From NCBI GenBank assembly GCA_016180645.1, contig JACPAV010000040.1:1-51585 (forward strand): a stretch of DNA of 51,585 nucleotides. Direction: 5' to 3'. The position numbers and the translations under genes are program-made. The notes beneath the pieces were generated by a model. The model was not told where the DNA came from, did no database searches, and was given only the letters and a program-made list of their open reading frames with translations. Positions 51,482 through 51,585 of this stretch are shown in pieces. This DNA comes from Nitrospirota bacterium. GTDB lineage: Bacteria > JACPQY01. Numbering within the stretch: the stretch's first letter is position 1; every line of letters starts with the position of its first letter.

Positions 51482-51585
51482 AGCATCTAAATATAACCAC
51501 TAATGTACTCTAACATATTGATCGCCCAGGCTTCTGATGGACTTGGGGTTCCTGTTCATGCGCCGCAGGCTGCGGCCGAGGACTA

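Overview
GC-rich bacterial chromosomal window from a diderm (porins, TolC, many lipoproteins); the taxon cannot be fixed from sequence alone. In order: a lipoprotein gene, a toxin/YgiT-zinc-finger pair and a clan AA aspartic protease (minus strand); a sigma54-preceded Qrc/alternative-complex-III-like redox operon extended by an SPFH protein and three more c-type cytochromes (16 CxxCH motifs in total); a CzcA+TolC metal-efflux operon with no periplasmic adaptor gene; an HD-GYP gene coupled to an orphan Wzc-like gene; a three-gene lipoprotein cassette; a NifA-type activator divergent from a sigma54 porin-urtABCDE-ureABCFGD operon; chrA; a decayed vapBC; and a yezD-porin-sbp-cysTWA sulfate uptake operon. 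The two strongest signals are missing from the ORF track. (1) A nearly leaderless Cys-rich upstream ORF (ending CCRCICR*) is followed by hairpins that sequester the yezD RBS, i.e. a candidate cysteine-sensing attenuator for sulfate uptake. (2) A (CT)9 tract inside a cryptic signal peptide puts a ~1400-aa lipoprotein out of frame, a candidate phase-variation OFF state. Also seen: an amber codon inside a lipoprotein signal peptide, REP-like palindromes inserted in frame in several proteins, and inverted GTAG-type REP clusters bracketing a tetraheme cytochrome gene. All family calls come from motif recognition, not database searches.
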